Part shown: piece after piece, positions 31,867 through 42,451 of the stretch
How positions within the stretch are numbered: the first letter of the stretch is position 1
Layout: every line of letters starts with the position of its first letter
NCBI GenBank assembly: GCA_902576125.1
Contig: CACGUF010000005.1
Location: 18,657 to 82,656 of the forward strand
Origin: an uncultured Alphaproteobacteria bacterium
Lineage (GTDB): Bacteria; Pseudomonadota; Alphaproteobacteria; HIMB59; GCA-002718135
DNA: 64,000 nt
Reading direction: 5' to 3'
The notes under the pieces: model-generated
Databases searched by the model: none
Told to the model about the DNA's origin: nothing
What the model saw: only the letters and a program-made list of their open reading frames with translations
Program-made: the position numbers and the translations under genes

Positions 31867-32025
31867 TTATTCTTTTTCTCTAATAAAAATTTTACCACAG
31901 TAACCACAGACAACTTTATCATGATTATCAAAACTATAATAAACTGCCGGGTGTCCTAAACCATCTTGACCACCATCGCAACAAATAGTTTCAGTATTTG
32001 TAGGCACTTTTTCTATTTCTGCCAT
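31867..32025 (-). CDS. zinc-finger CHCC-type small protein (52 aa)
   Basis: Missed by ORF track. MAEIEKVPTNTETICCDGGQDGLGHPAVYYSFDNHDKVVCGYCGKIFIREKE has the C-DGG...GHP.VY...CxYC signature. Confidence 0.88.
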   Translation of the reverse strand: MAEIEKVPTNTETICCDGGQDGLGHPAVYYSFDNHDKVVCGYCGKIFIREKE

Positions 32026-32083
32026 CTTGACCTTTCTATAGGAAATTTATGATTTGATGTCCAATACTAATTAACTTCTATCT

Positions 32084-32926
32084 TTAAATTTGAAAGTATA
32101 GGAGACATATACCCACTACCACAAATATCGAAGGAACTATTCTTTTAGATGCTTTTTTTTCTTTTAAAATAAGTAGGCCAATTAAAGTGGCAAATATTAT
32201 ACTAGTCTCCCGCATCGAAGACACATAGGCAATGGGTAAATATTGCATACACCAAACAGCTAACCCATAAGCTAAAGGTGCCAAAATTCCAAATGCAAAT
32301 CCTGGGAAAAAAAGATCTTTACTAATTATTCTTAAACCGTTCTCTTTAAATAAGAAGGACGCAATTAATGTTGGTACTCCATTAAGCAAAAGCATCCAAT
32401 ATAGAAAAGTGTAAGGATTTTCAGAATGTCTAACACCGATGCCATCTACCAAAGTATAAGTAGTAATCATAATAGCTGTTAACAAACCAAGAATAAGGGC
32501 CGAATAATTAAACTTTAATTTGTCAGAGTAAGAAATTAAAAATAAACCTGCACAGACAATCAAAATAGCAATGAATCCAAATAATGAAATTTTATCAGTT
32601 AAATAAATTAAACTTATTATAGCAAGTAATAAAGATGAACTTCCTCTAGCTATAGGATAAATGAAAGATAGATCCCCATACTTATAAGAGAAGATTACAA
32701 GCAATCTATAAAAACCATGAAGAAGAGCTGATATAATAATTAATATCCAAATATAGGTAGTTGGGTAAGGAACGCTTAAAACAAGAGGGGTGAAAATAAT
32801 AATTTCAACAACAGATGTAATACCTAAAACACCAAGTGGGTTTTTATTATATTTAAGAATGCTATGACAGGCTGCATGCGATAATGCAGCAATAAATAAA
32901 AGTAAAAATAAAAAATTAACTGACAT
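32084..32926 (-). CDS. DMT/EamA transporter, phosphonate-associated type
   Basis: AAL.HA, YKYGDLSFIYPIARG, YTLVDGIGVR, RETSIIF; last gene of the ABC operon divergent from phnA. Confidence 0.8.
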   Translation of the reverse strand: MSVNFLFLLLFIAALSHAACHSILKYNKNPLGVLGITSVVEIIIFTPLVLSVPYPTTYIWILIIISALLHGFYRLLVIFSYKYGDLSFIYPIARGSSSLLLAIISLIYLTDKISLFGFIAILIVCAGLFLISYSDKLKFNYSALILGLLTAIMITTYTLVDGIGVRHSENPYTFLYWMLLLNGVPTLIASFLFKENGLRIISKDLFFPGFAFGILAPLAYGLAVWCMQYLPIAYVSSMRETSIIFATLIGLLILKEKKASKRIVPSIFVVVGICLLYFQI

Positions 32927-32949
32927 GAGACAAAACTAGAAAATTTAGT

Positions 32950-33843
32950 TTACTTCATACCTGTAAGAGTAATTCCTTCAATAAATCTTTTTTGTGCAAT
33001 TATAAAAGCAACAATTAAAGGAACTGTGACAGTAACAATTGATGCCATCATTGGGCCAAATTCATCACTGTCTATACCTCCTCTAAATTCTCTAATTCCA
33101 AGAGGCGGTGTAAAGAGATCTCTATTTCCAGTAATAACCATTCGTGGCCAGAAGTAATCATTCCAATGGGCAACAACTGAGAATATTGCAAATGCCAGTA
33201 ATGCGGGTATTGCTGTAGGCAACATAACCTTCCATACTATTGAATATTCTCCCATGCCGTCCATCCTGGCGGCATCAATTAATTCATCTGGAACTGTCAT
33301 AAAAAATTGCCGCATGAGAAAAATTCCAAATACAGATATTGTCCAGGGGAGTATTAAGGCGGAATAGGTATCAACGAGCCCGGCCTGGGCTAGCATTACA
33401 TAAAGAGGAAGTGCAATGCCGTGAACTGGTATTAGAAGACAAAATAATACCATCGAAAATACAAATTCCCGTCCATAAAATCGAAGTTTGGCAAGTGCAT
33501 AAGCACATGGTAAGGCGACAAGAACTTGAATGATAAAAATCGATAAAGTTACTATAACTCCATTCATTAAGTATCTAGGAATGGGAGCTTTTTCAAAAGC
33601 AAACCAGTAATTATAAATATACGGCTTGGTCGTACATGTTTCCTCGGAATAACCAGTTTTGACACATACTGGAAATGTTTGCACTTCTTGTGCACCTATT
33701 AAACCTCCAGAAATTGATTGAATTTCTTGTTGAGATTTTAGTGACATTGAAACCATCATATAAAATGGAAGTAAAACAAGGATTGCACCAACAATTAAAA
33801 TGCCATGTTTCCAGCTCTCACCAATATATTGTTTAGCTTGCAT
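32950..33843 (-). CDS. CUT1 (UgpE-like) ABC permease
   Basis: FLMRQFF, ELIDAARMDG EAA loop, HWNDYFWP. Confidence 0.9.
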   Translation of the reverse strand: MQAKQYIGESWKHGILIVGAILVLLPFYMMVSMSLKSQQEIQSISGGLIGAQEVQTFPVCVKTGYSEETCTTKPYIYNYWFAFEKAPIPRYLMNGVIVTLSIFIIQVLVALPCAYALAKLRFYGREFVFSMVLFCLLIPVHGIALPLYVMLAQAGLVDTYSALILPWTISVFGIFLMRQFFMTVPDELIDAARMDGMGEYSIVWKVMLPTAIPALLAFAIFSVVAHWNDYFWPRMVITGNRDLFTPPLGIREFRGGIDSDEFGPMMASIVTVTVPLIVAFIIAQKRFIEGITLTGMK

Positions 33844-34799
33844 TAATAATGAACCCTCTTCTCAATGATATATCTTTGGAAAAAAGTTAATATCAATATA
33901 AAACCAATAAAGACAACAGTAATAGCTGCTCCTATACTCGTTAAGTTTTGTTGGATAGCTTTTTCAAAAATTGCATACATCATAACGTAGGTAGTTTTAG
34001 ATGGGCCGCCCTTAGTAAGTATTTCAATTGTATCAAAAACTTGAAATGTTCTAATTGTTGTAATTGTTACTACAAACAAAGTTGTAGGTCCAAGCATTGG
34101 CCAAGTTACAAGTTTAAATTGTTCCCAGGTTGATTTAGCTCCATCCATTTCTGCTGCGTGATATAATTCTCGAGGTATACCTGTAAGGCCTGCTAAATAT
34201 AAAACCATATTAAAACCAAATGCTTGCCAAATTCCTATAAAACATATTGTCCAAATTGCTGTATTTTTTTGCTTCAGCCAATAAGGAAAATCCATATTAT
34301 TTGCACATGCCACATGATACCAGCTTTGTTGTGAGTCAACCCATGGTAACCAATGAAAACCAAGAATAAATTCTCTTACACCTCCGCAACCATTAGCTAA
34401 AAAACTATTTACTATACCAAGTGTTGGGTGAAGAGTGAATTCCCATGCAATTGCCATAGCAAGAAGAGTTGCCATAACAGGAAGAAAGAAAATTGTTTTA
34501 TAAATATCGGCTCCAAACCTTAGTGAATTTAATAGCATAGCAGCACACAAACCAAGTACAACGGAGATAGGAACTACAACAATTACATAAGTTGCTGTAG
34601 CCCAAATCATTTTTACATATGTTTTTCTTGAAAACATTTTTTCATAATTTTCAAGTCCGATCCATTCGAGAGATTTATTACCTAAATTATAATCAGTAAA
34701 AGAAATTCCACCTGCAAGAAATAAAGGAAAAATTAATATAATAATCATTAATATTATTGCAGGTGCAATAAACCAAATATGTGCTTTGGAATTATGCAT
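33843..34799 (-). CDS. CUT1 (UgpA-like) ABC permease
   Basis: GLENY, FFLP, IPRELYHAAEMDGA, TWPML, GGP. Confidence 0.9.
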   Translation of the reverse strand: MHNSKAHIWFIAPAIILMIIILIFPLFLAGGISFTDYNLGNKSLEWIGLENYEKMFSRKTYVKMIWATATYVIVVVPISVVLGLCAAMLLNSLRFGADIYKTIFFLPVMATLLAMAIAWEFTLHPTLGIVNSFLANGCGGVREFILGFHWLPWVDSQQSWYHVACANNMDFPYWLKQKNTAIWTICFIGIWQAFGFNMVLYLAGLTGIPRELYHAAEMDGAKSTWEQFKLVTWPMLGPTTLFVVTITTIRTFQVFDTIEILTKGGPSKTTYVMMYAIFEKAIQQNLTSIGAAITVVFIGFILILTFFQRYIIEKRVHY

Positions 34800-35925
34800 T
34801 ATTAAATTGAACCCTTTTTCCTTCTTTATTAAATAATAAAGCTTTATTAGAAACTCTTCTAATGTTTACTTTTGAACCACTAGAAATCTCATGTGTTAAT
34901 TGTGGTATACCTCTGACAATTATTCTATTCATTCCATCTTCTGTATTTACATGAAAGAAAATATCTGACCCTAAATTCTCTCTATAAGAAACTGTTGCAC
35001 TAAAAGTATTTTCATCACTTTGATTCGTAATTTCTAAATGTTCAGGTCTAATACCAATATTTAGCTCTAGATTTGTTTCTGAACTTTTTCTTTTTAAGGT
35101 GAGATTTAGTAAGCTTACAGCCCCACTTGAGTCTGATGAACCTCTAAAAATATTAATTTTAGGACTGCCGACAAATTGAGCCACACTTAGTGATGAAGGG
35201 TTATCATATACTTCTTGGGGCGTATCAAGCTGTAATAAATTTCCATCAATCATAACAGCCATACGAGAAGACATTGTTAATGCTTCAGCTTGATCATGTG
35301 TTACATAAACAAATGTAGTTTTAAGAGAATTGTGAAGCTCTGATAACTCTGATCTCATATGAACCCTAAGTGCCGCATCTAAATTTGATAGAGGCTCATC
35401 CATCAAAAATGCAACAGGCTCTCTCACCATTGCTCTACCAAGAGCTACTCTCTGTCTTTGACCACCAGATAGTTGACCTGGCTTTCTATCAAGTAGCTCA
35501 GAGATTTTAAGTGTCTCAGAAGTTTTACTGACTAATTGATTTATAGATTCTGTTTTTTGTTTCTTATTTGGAGACAAATTTCCAATTAAAGGTAATCTTT
35601 CAAATGTACTATAATCTCTAAGTCTAAGAGGGGTTTCTAAATTTCTTCTTACTGTGAGATGAGGATACAGAGCATAAGACTGAAACACCATTGCTAGGTC
35701 TCTTTCACTAGCTCTAATTCTGTTTACATTTTTATTATCAATTAAAACATCACCAGAAGTTTGTTGCTCAAGACCTGCTATAATTCGAAGTAAGGTAGAT
35801 TTGCCACAACCAGACGGACCAACTAATGTTAAAAATTCACCTTCTATTATATCTACGTTTAGATCTTTTAATACCTGGGTAGATCCAAATGATTTTGAAA
35901 TATTTTTAAGTGATATTGTGCCCAT
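34792..35925 (-). CDS. CUT1 (UgpC/MalK-like) ABC ATP-binding protein
   Basis: GPSGCGKST, VFQSYALYPH, LSGGQRQRVALGR, DEPLSNLDA. Confidence 0.92.
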   Translation of the reverse strand: MGTISLKNISKSFGSTQVLKDLNVDIIEGEFLTLVGPSGCGKSTLLRIIAGLEQQTSGDVLIDNKNVNRIRASERDLAMVFQSYALYPHLTVRRNLETPLRLRDYSTFERLPLIGNLSPNKKQKTESINQLVSKTSETLKISELLDRKPGQLSGGQRQRVALGRAMVREPVAFLMDEPLSNLDAALRVHMRSELSELHNSLKTTFVYVTHDQAEALTMSSRMAVMIDGNLLQLDTPQEVYDNPSSLSVAQFVGSPKINIFRGSSDSSGAVSLLNLTLKRKSSETNLELNIGIRPEHLEITNQSDENTFSATVSYRENLGSDIFFHVNTEDGMNRIIVRGIPQLTHEISSGSKVNIRRVSNKALLFNKEGKRVQFNNA

Positions 35926-35957
35926 TTGCCCCCCCTTTTTTTATATATACTTTGTAG

Positions 35958-36012
35958 TAAATTTTATGATTTTTTAAAATGAATTTATTTCATTTTTATC
36001 TAAATTTTATGA
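35958..36012. promoter_or_regulatory. candidate operator in the divergent ABC/phnA promoter region
   Basis: Inverted repeat AAAATGAA-TTTAT-TTCATTTT (35976-35996) flanked by direct repeats TAAATTTTATGA (35958-35969, 36001-36012); AT-rich background weakens it. Confidence 0.35.
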
Positions 36013-36088
36013 ACAAAAACTTAAATTATTATTGAGTTTAAGGAACATATAACTATAAATTCAATTTTTAAATTATTTATTAATCATT

Positions 36089-37330
36089 GTGTCTGAAAAT
36101 TTAGTAATTAATAACAGAGAATATCCAAGCACATTTTCTAAGACAGCTATAGTTATTTGTCTTGATGGAAGCCAAAAAGAGTATCTCGAAGAGGCATCAA
36201 AACTAAATCTTACACCTAATATTGATGCATTAATTTCTAATGGACAGAGTTTACTTGTTCATAGCGCTATCCCAAGTTTTACAAATCCAAATAATATATC
36301 AATTGTAACAGGGCAACCTAGCTCTGTTCACGGCATATGTGGTAATTTCTTTTACACTCCTGAAACAGGGGAAGAAGTTATGATGAATGATCCAAAATAT
36401 ATGCGTGCGCCAACAATATTTGAAAAATTTTATAATTCTGGATCAAAGATTGCTCTTGTTACTGCAAAAGATAAACTCAGAACTCTTTTGGGCAATGGTT
36501 TAGGATTTGATGATAATCGAGCAATATGTTTTTCGGCGGAAAAATCTGATCAGGCAACAAAAGAACATAATGGTATTGATAATGTTAATGAATGGTTAGG
36601 AATGCCTGTACCGGAAGTATACTCTCAGGGTCTTTCCGAATTTGTCATGGCAGCTGGAGTAAAATTACTTGAGGAATTTAAACCAAAAATAATGTACTTA
36701 TCTACGACAGATTATATTCAACATAAGTATGCACCAGGAAATGAAGTGGCTAATAAGTTTTATGCTATGTTTGATAAATATATTGGCCTTTTAAATAAGG
36801 GCGATGTATCAATAATTATTACGGCTGATCATGGTATGAAACCTAAATCAAAAGACGATGGTTCACCCAATGCAATTTTTTTACAAGACTATCTGGATAA
36901 AAAATTTGAACCAAATGTAGCAAAAGTTATTTTACCAATAACTGATCCTTACGTTGTTCATCATGGATCATTAGGTTCATTTGCAACAATTTATCTTGAA
37001 GATAAAACTAAAGTTAATGACGTTATAGAATCAATTAAAGAAATTAAGGATATAGAGGTAGTTTTAACTAAAGACGAAGGTTGCAATACATACAATCTAC
37101 CACCTGATCGCATGGGTGATATAATATGTATGTCCTCAGAATTTATGACCATTGGATCATCGGAAGATAAACATAATCTTTCCGGATTAAATGAACCTTT
37201 ACGTTCTCACGGTGGTTTGCATGAGCGAGAGGTGCCTTTTATATCAAATCTAAAAATTCAAAATTACAATAATGAAAAACAGCTATATAATTATGATGCA
37301 TTCTACTATGCAATTAATGGAGCTCTGTAA
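36089..37330 (+). CDS. phnA: phosphonoacetate hydrolase
   Basis: [53 protein letters not shown]; GTG start. Confidence 0.95.
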   Translation: MSENLVINNREYPSTFSKTAIVICLDGSQKEYLEEASKLNLTPNIDALISNGQSLLVHSAIPSFTNPNNISIVTGQPSSVHGICGNFFYTPETGEEVMMNDPKYMRAPTIFEKFYNSGSKIALVTAKDKLRTLLGNGLGFDDNRAICFSAEKSDQATKEHNGIDNVNEWLGMPVPEVYSQGLSEFVMAAGVKLLEEFKPKIMYLSTTDYIQHKYAPGNEVANKFYAMFDKYIGLLNKGDVSIIITADHGMKPKSKDDGSPNAIFLQDYLDKKFEPNVAKVILPITDPYVVHHGSLGSFATIYLEDKTKVNDVIESIKEIKDIEVVLTKDEGCNTYNLPPDRMGDIICMSSEFMTIGSSEDKHNLSGLNEPLRSHGGLHEREVPFISNLKIQNYNNEKQLYNYDAFYYAINGAL

Positions 37331-38769
37331 TGGAAAAGAAAATGATTAATGAAGCTATGCGAATTGCTGGCAAAAAAGTAACTTTTGAAAAAACAATTGA
37401 TGTTGAGTATCCTTTTACGGGTGAAGTCATTGGTACGGTTCCTGCAGGAAATGCTGAACATGCAAAACAAGCTCTTGAAATTGCAGCAAACTATCAACCT
37501 AAGTTGACAAGATATGAAAGACAAAAGATTCTTCAAACAGCCGCAGAGGTACTTGTAAAAAGAAAAGAAGAAATCTCTGATATCATTACTTTAGAGCTTG
37601 GGATTTCAAAACAAGACTCTCTATATGAAGTCGGTAGGGCATTTGATGTTTTTTCTTTAACTGCACAACTTTGTATTCATGATGACGGAGAAATTTTTTC
37701 TTGTGATTTAACTCCTCATGGAAAAGCGAGAAAAATATTTACAATAAGAGAACCATTAACAGCAATTTCTGCAATTACTCCTTTTAATCATCCGTTAAAC
37801 ATGGTGGCGCACAAAATTGCTCCTTCTATTGCAACGAATAATTGTACTGTTTGTAAACAGACAGAGTTAACTCCATTAACAGCAATGGTTCTTGCGGATG
37901 TTTTATATGAAGCTGGTCTACCTCCTGAAATGTTTTCTGTTGTTACAGGATGGCCACAAGATATTGGTTCAGAAATGATAAAGAATTCAAATATTGACCT
38001 TATTACTTTTACAGGAAGTGTTGGAGTTGGAAAACTAATTGCTGAACAAGCAGGATATAAAAGAACCGTTCTTGAACTTGGTGGAAATGATCCTCTAATT
38101 GTTTTAAATGATTTAGATTCAGATGATTTAAAGAAAGCTGTTGAATTAGCAGTAACTGGGGCAACAAAAAATTCAGGACAACGCTGTACAGCAGTTAAAA
38201 GAATACTTGTACAAGAAAAAATTGCTGATCAGTTTGTTGAACTGGCTTTGGAAAGAGCTAAAAAAATTAAGTTCGGAGACCCAATGAGCATGGAAACTGA
38301 TTTAGGTACCGTTGTTAATGCTCAAGCAGCTGAACTGTTTGATAAAAGAGTTTCAATGGCAGAAGGAGATGGTGCGAAAATTTTATATCATCCTGGAAGA
38401 AAAGATGCGTTATTGCCTCCTATAGTAATTGATAATGTTGATCCTAAAAGTGAATTAGTATTGGAAGAAACTTTTGGACCTGTCATTCCAATTATACGCG
38501 TTCCAAATGATGATGAATCTGTCATCAAGATCTCAAATTCAACTGCTTTTGGATTATCTTCCGGTGTGTGTACCAATAATTTTATGAGAGCAAAAAAATA
38601 TATTCAAAACTTAAATGTTGGAACTGTCAATATTTGGGAAGTACCTGGATATAGAATTGAAATGTCTCCTTTTGGGGGAATTAAAGACTCGGGACTGGGA
38701 TACAAAGAGGGTGTTATTGAGGCGATGAAGAGTTTTACTAATGTGAAGACTTTTTCACTTCCTTGGTAA
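37330..38769 (+). CDS. phnY: phosphonoacetaldehyde dehydrogenase (NAD-dependent)
   Basis: ALDH motifs [28 protein letters not shown]; [10 protein letters not shown]; coupled to phnA. Confidence 0.92.
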   Translation: MEKKMINEAMRIAGKKVTFEKTIDVEYPFTGEVIGTVPAGNAEHAKQALEIAANYQPKLTRYERQKILQTAAEVLVKRKEEISDIITLELGISKQDSLYEVGRAFDVFSLTAQLCIHDDGEIFSCDLTPHGKARKIFTIREPLTAISAITPFNHPLNMVAHKIAPSIATNNCTVCKQTELTPLTAMVLADVLYEAGLPPEMFSVVTGWPQDIGSEMIKNSNIDLITFTGSVGVGKLIAEQAGYKRTVLELGGNDPLIVLNDLDSDDLKKAVELAVTGATKNSGQRCTAVKRILVQEKIADQFVELALERAKKIKFGDPMSMETDLGTVVNAQAAELFDKRVSMAEGDGAKILYHPGRKDALLPPIVIDNVDPKSELVLEETFGPVIPIIRVPNDDESVIKISNSTAFGLSSGVCTNNFMRAKKYIQNLNVGTVNIWEVPGYRIEMSPFGGIKDSGLGYKEGVIEAMKSFTNVKTFSLPW

Positions 38770-38824
38770 AAACCTAGGCGTTCTCTAAAATCTAAAAATT
38801 TCTGTGGAAAAAAATAGTTATTTA

Positions 38825-38853
38825 TTGAAATATTTGTTTAATAAATTTGTAAC
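38825..38853 (+). promoter_or_regulatory. Pho-box-like triple repeat upstream of the SBP gene
   Basis: TTGAAAT-ATTT-GTTTAAT-AAAT-TTGTAAC with 11-bp period; resembles boxes at 55389, 63299 and 63316. Confidence 0.5.
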
Positions 38854-38911
38854 GATTTTATTCTACGTGTTAGATTGAATTAAAATTTATATTAATAATT
38901 GGGAGGATTAA

Positions 38912-40165
38912 ATGAGAAAATTAATTACAGGATTAGCAGCTATATTAGCTTTTGGCTTCTATGGTTCTGTTAATTCAGCTAAATCTATTGAAATAGAAGT
39001 AGCTTATCCTTACTCAGGTTTATTTGATGTTACTTATCAAGCTATTATGCCAGAGTTTGAAAAAGCACATCCAGATATTCAAGTAAAGTTTAGAGCAACT
39101 TACGAAAACTATGAAGATGCAACTGCTACAATTTTAAGAGAAGCAACTTCTGGTAATCTACCTGATGTTACAATGCAGGGTCTTAACAGACAAGCTCCTC
39201 TAGTAGATAAAGGTATTGCAAAATCTTTAGAACCATTCATTGCAAAAGAAGCTGATTTTGAAAAAGACGGTTACCATTCTGCAATGTTAAGTCTTTCAAC
39301 ATTTGGTGGAGAGGTTTATGGTTTACCATTCTCTGTATCAACTCCTGTTGGATACTATAACATGGATCTCTTAGCTGCAGCAGGCATAGATAGCATTCCA
39401 ACTAACTGGGATGAAGTTATTGATGCTTGTGGAAAATTAGAAGCAGCTGGAAGTGGAACTTTATATTTCGGTTGGAACATTACAGGTAACTGGTTCCACC
39501 AAGCATTAATGCATACTCAAAATGTTAAAATTGTTGAAGATGGAAAAGTTAACTTAGGCGGAGATGCTGGTTTAGCAACTTTACAACAAATGCATGATAT
39601 TATGAGCGGATGTAATATGCCTAACTATTCAATTGCTGATGGTCAAGCGGCATTTAATGCAGGTACTATTGGCATGATGTTCTGGTCAACTTCAAGCTTA
39701 GGTTCAGTAAATGCTGCAAAAGCAGATTTCGTTCTTAAGACGGCTCCATTTCCTGGAATGGCAGGCGTAAACAATGGAACTCCAGCAAGATTACCAGCAG
39801 GTGGAAATGCAGCAATGTTAACTTCTACTTCTGATGATCCAGCAAGAGTTGATGCGGCTTGGACATTCTTGAAGTTTATTACTTCTGGTATTGGCGCAGC
39901 ATTAGTTGCGGAGACAACTGGTTATGTTCCACCAAACAAAGCAGCTAACGATTTATTAGGTGATTTCTATAGTGCAAATCCAAATAAACTTACTGCGGTT
40001 GAACAGCTTCCACTCTTAGCAGATTGGTTCGCATATCCTGGTGAAAACGGACTAGCAATTACTCAAGTAATCTATGATTACACTGAGGAAATTGCTACTG
40101 GTAGTGCTGATGATATGGGTGATCTTCAAGAAGAGATGATGGAAGAAATAAACGATCTTCTGTAA
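38912..40165 (+). CDS. CUT1 (UgpB-like) ABC substrate-binding protein
   Basis: Signal peptide; YGLPFSVSTPVGYYN, PAGGNA, AAWTFLKF, TGYVP; strong GGGAGG RBS; partner of 32950-35925. Confidence 0.88.
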   Translation: MRKLITGLAAILAFGFYGSVNSAKSIEIEVAYPYSGLFDVTYQAIMPEFEKAHPDIQVKFRATYENYEDATATILREATSGNLPDVTMQGLNRQAPLVDKGIAKSLEPFIAKEADFEKDGYHSAMLSLSTFGGEVYGLPFSVSTPVGYYNMDLLAAAGIDSIPTNWDEVIDACGKLEAAGSGTLYFGWNITGNWFHQALMHTQNVKIVEDGKVNLGGDAGLATLQQMHDIMSGCNMPNYSIADGQAAFNAGTIGMMFWSTSSLGSVNAAKADFVLKTAPFPGMAGVNNGTPARLPAGGNAAMLTSTSDDPARVDAAWTFLKFITSGIGAALVAETTGYVPPNKAANDLLGDFYSANPNKLTAVEQLPLLADWFAYPGENGLAITQVIYDYTEEIATGSADDMGDLQEEMMEEINDLL

Positions 40166-40197
40166 ACAAAGATCATTTAATTATTAACTTTTTAATG

Positions 40198-40225
40198 CAG
40201 CGGCTTTATAAAAGCCGCTGTTTTT
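40198..40225 (+). terminator. terminator or mRNA-stabilising hairpin after the SBP gene
   Basis: CAGCGGCTTT-ATA-AAAGCCGCTG followed by TTTTT. Confidence 0.85.
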
Positions 40226-40252
40226 ATTTAAAAAAAAACTGATGGAGGAAAA

Positions 40253-41332
40253 ATGCCACTTATAACAACTACAATAGGCGCTTATCCAAAACCTAAAAAT
40301 ACCCCAATTAATGATTGGTTTTTAGGCACTAAATCTGAAGAAGAAAAAAAAGCTGCTAAAGGATTATTGGCAAACTGGTCACCTGGTGCTTACGAAAAAG
40401 CAATAGAGAAAGCTGGTGATAATGTAGAAAATTTATTTTTAGATGCAATTAAAGAAGTTATACTTGATCAAGTCAGTGCTGGCATTGATGTTCCAACAGA
40501 TGGTGAAGTAAGAAGAGAAAGTTATGTTTTTCACCAATGTCGTTTTTTAAATAATATAAGCTTTGAAGAAGTAACTCATAAGTCAGTAAGACAAGGAGCC
40601 TTTGAAGCAAGTGTTCCAACAATAATTGGTCCAGTTTCAAGCAAAGAGATACGTATGCCATTAGATTGGAAAAGTGCTCAACAATTTACTAAAAATCCGG
40701 TAAAGATTACCCTTCCTGGTCCAATGACGATAACTGACTCAATTGCAAACAACTACTATGATGATCTTAAAAAACTGGGCTTTGATTTAGCATTAGCTCT
40801 AAACGAAGAAATAAAAGCACTAGTTGATGCTGGTTGTAAATATATTCAAATTGATGAACCAGTTTTTGCAAGAAAACCAGAAGAAGCTAATACATATGGC
40901 ATGGAGAACTTAGAGAGAATGATGCATGGAATTCCCAAAGATGTGCAAAGAGTTTGTCATATTTGTTGTGGTTATCCAAACTGTCTTGATTCTGAAGGAT
41001 ATAAAAAAGCAGACTTAGATGCATATGATAGAATTGCTACTTTAGTTGATGACTCTACTATTGATGAAGTATCTTTAGAGGACTCTCACAGACATAATGA
41101 TTTAAATCTTCTAGAAAAATTTAAAAAAACAAAAGTTATTTTTGGATTTATTGACATTGCTAAAAGTAGAATGGAGTCTGTAGAGGAAGTGAGAACTAGA
41201 ATGAAAGACTCTTTAGAACATATTGATGAGCATCGTTTAATTGCTGCCCCAGATTGTGGTTTAGGATTCTTTACAAGAGAGCAAGCAATTGAAAAAATGA
41301 CAATCTTATCAAAAGCAGCAAAATCAATTTAA
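40253..41332 (+). CDS. cobalamin-independent methionine synthase II family protein (MetE catalytic core only)
   Basis: IGAYPKP, TDGE.RR, LPGPMT, IQIDEP, HIC and PDCG Zn ligands; 359 aa, lacks the N-terminal folate-binding barrel. Confidence 0.85.
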   Translation: MPLITTTIGAYPKPKNTPINDWFLGTKSEEEKKAAKGLLANWSPGAYEKAIEKAGDNVENLFLDAIKEVILDQVSAGIDVPTDGEVRRESYVFHQCRFLNNISFEEVTHKSVRQGAFEASVPTIIGPVSSKEIRMPLDWKSAQQFTKNPVKITLPGPMTITDSIANNYYDDLKKLGFDLALALNEEIKALVDAGCKYIQIDEPVFARKPEEANTYGMENLERMMHGIPKDVQRVCHICCGYPNCLDSEGYKKADLDAYDRIATLVDDSTIDEVSLEDSHRHNDLNLLEKFKKTKVIFGFIDIAKSRMESVEEVRTRMKDSLEHIDEHRLIAAPDCGLGFFTREQAIEKMTILSKAAKSI

Positions 41333-41336
41333 AATA

Positions 41337-42449
41337 ATGTGGAACTACTATAATCCTGTAGAAATCATCTTTGGAGAAAATAAATTTAAAGAAGTACATT
41401 CAGCACTTAAAAATAAATCCTATATAATTATTACTCACCCTGAAGAAATTTTTAAAAAATATAGTGATGAGTTGAATTCTTCTTCTAATCCACCACTGTC
41501 TATTATGACGGATGTTCAACCTAATCCGGATTATAAAGATATTTTAGAACTCCAAAAAAAATTTTCTCATATTAAAGAAAATGTTGAATATATTTTAGCA
41601 ATTGGCGGAGGTTCTGTAACAGATACAGCAAAAGCTATTGCTGCTTTTAAAGATAAACAAGAATACTTAACAGATTTTGTAAGAAATAAAAAAAGTCCAC
41701 AAGTTGAAAACCCTATAAAAATCATTGCTGTTCCCACAACATCTGGAACATCCAGTGAGCTTACTTGTTGGGCTACAATCTGGGATAAAGAAAAAAATAA
41801 CAAACTCTCTTTAGCTCATAAAACACTTTATGCAGAAAAAACAATTATCGATCCATCTATTATGATTGATAAACCTCTTGGTCTCACAATATCTACTGGC
41901 CTTGATGCTTTATCTCACTCTATGGAAAGTATTTGGAATGTAAATGCTAACCCAGTTTCAGCTTCACATGCGATTCAAGCTTCGAAGTTAGTTTTAGATA
42001 ATTTACCTTTGCTAGCCAAAGATTTAAATAATATTGAGTTACGTTCTAACATTGCACTTGCATGCGTTCATGCAGGTTTGGCTTTTTCAAATACAAAAAC
42101 AGCCATTGCTCATAATCTCTCTTACCCTATTACACTTAATTATGGAATCCAACATGGTATTGCTTGTTCATTTACACTCCCTATTATTACAAGAAGCATG
42201 ATTGGTATTGATCAAGTTGCTGAGGAAAGATTACAATTAATTTTCAATAATAACTTAGAAGCTGGGTCATCAAAATTGAGTGAAATTATGCGCTCTTTAA
42301 ATGTTCCTTTAAATTTAAATGAAATAAAAGTTCCTGTTCAAGAATGGAATAATATAGTAGATGATGCTTTTTTAGGAGAACGTGGTAAAAACTTTATTGG
42401 TAATAAAGAATCTTTTACTAAATCTGCTCAACAAATGGGTTTATATTAA
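41337..42449 (+). CDS. iron-containing alcohol dehydrogenase, phosphonate-associated (hydroxyethylphosphonate dehydrogenase/PhpC-like)
   Basis: GGGS..DTAK, PTTSGTSSE, DALSH..ES.W, AH..SY, HGIAC; context inside phn cluster. Confidence 0.8.
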   Translation: MWNYYNPVEIIFGENKFKEVHSALKNKSYIIITHPEEIFKKYSDELNSSSNPPLSIMTDVQPNPDYKDILELQKKFSHIKENVEYILAIGGGSVTDTAKAIAAFKDKQEYLTDFVRNKKSPQVENPIKIIAVPTTSGTSSELTCWATIWDKEKNNKLSLAHKTLYAEKTIIDPSIMIDKPLGLTISTGLDALSHSMESIWNVNANPVSASHAIQASKLVLDNLPLLAKDLNNIELRSNIALACVHAGLAFSNTKTAIAHNLSYPITLNYGIQHGIACSFTLPIITRSMIGIDQVAEERLQLIFNNNLEAGSSKLSEIMRSLNVPLNLNEIKVPVQEWNNIVDDAFLGERGKNFIGNKESFTKSAQQMGLY

Positions 42450-42451
42450 AC

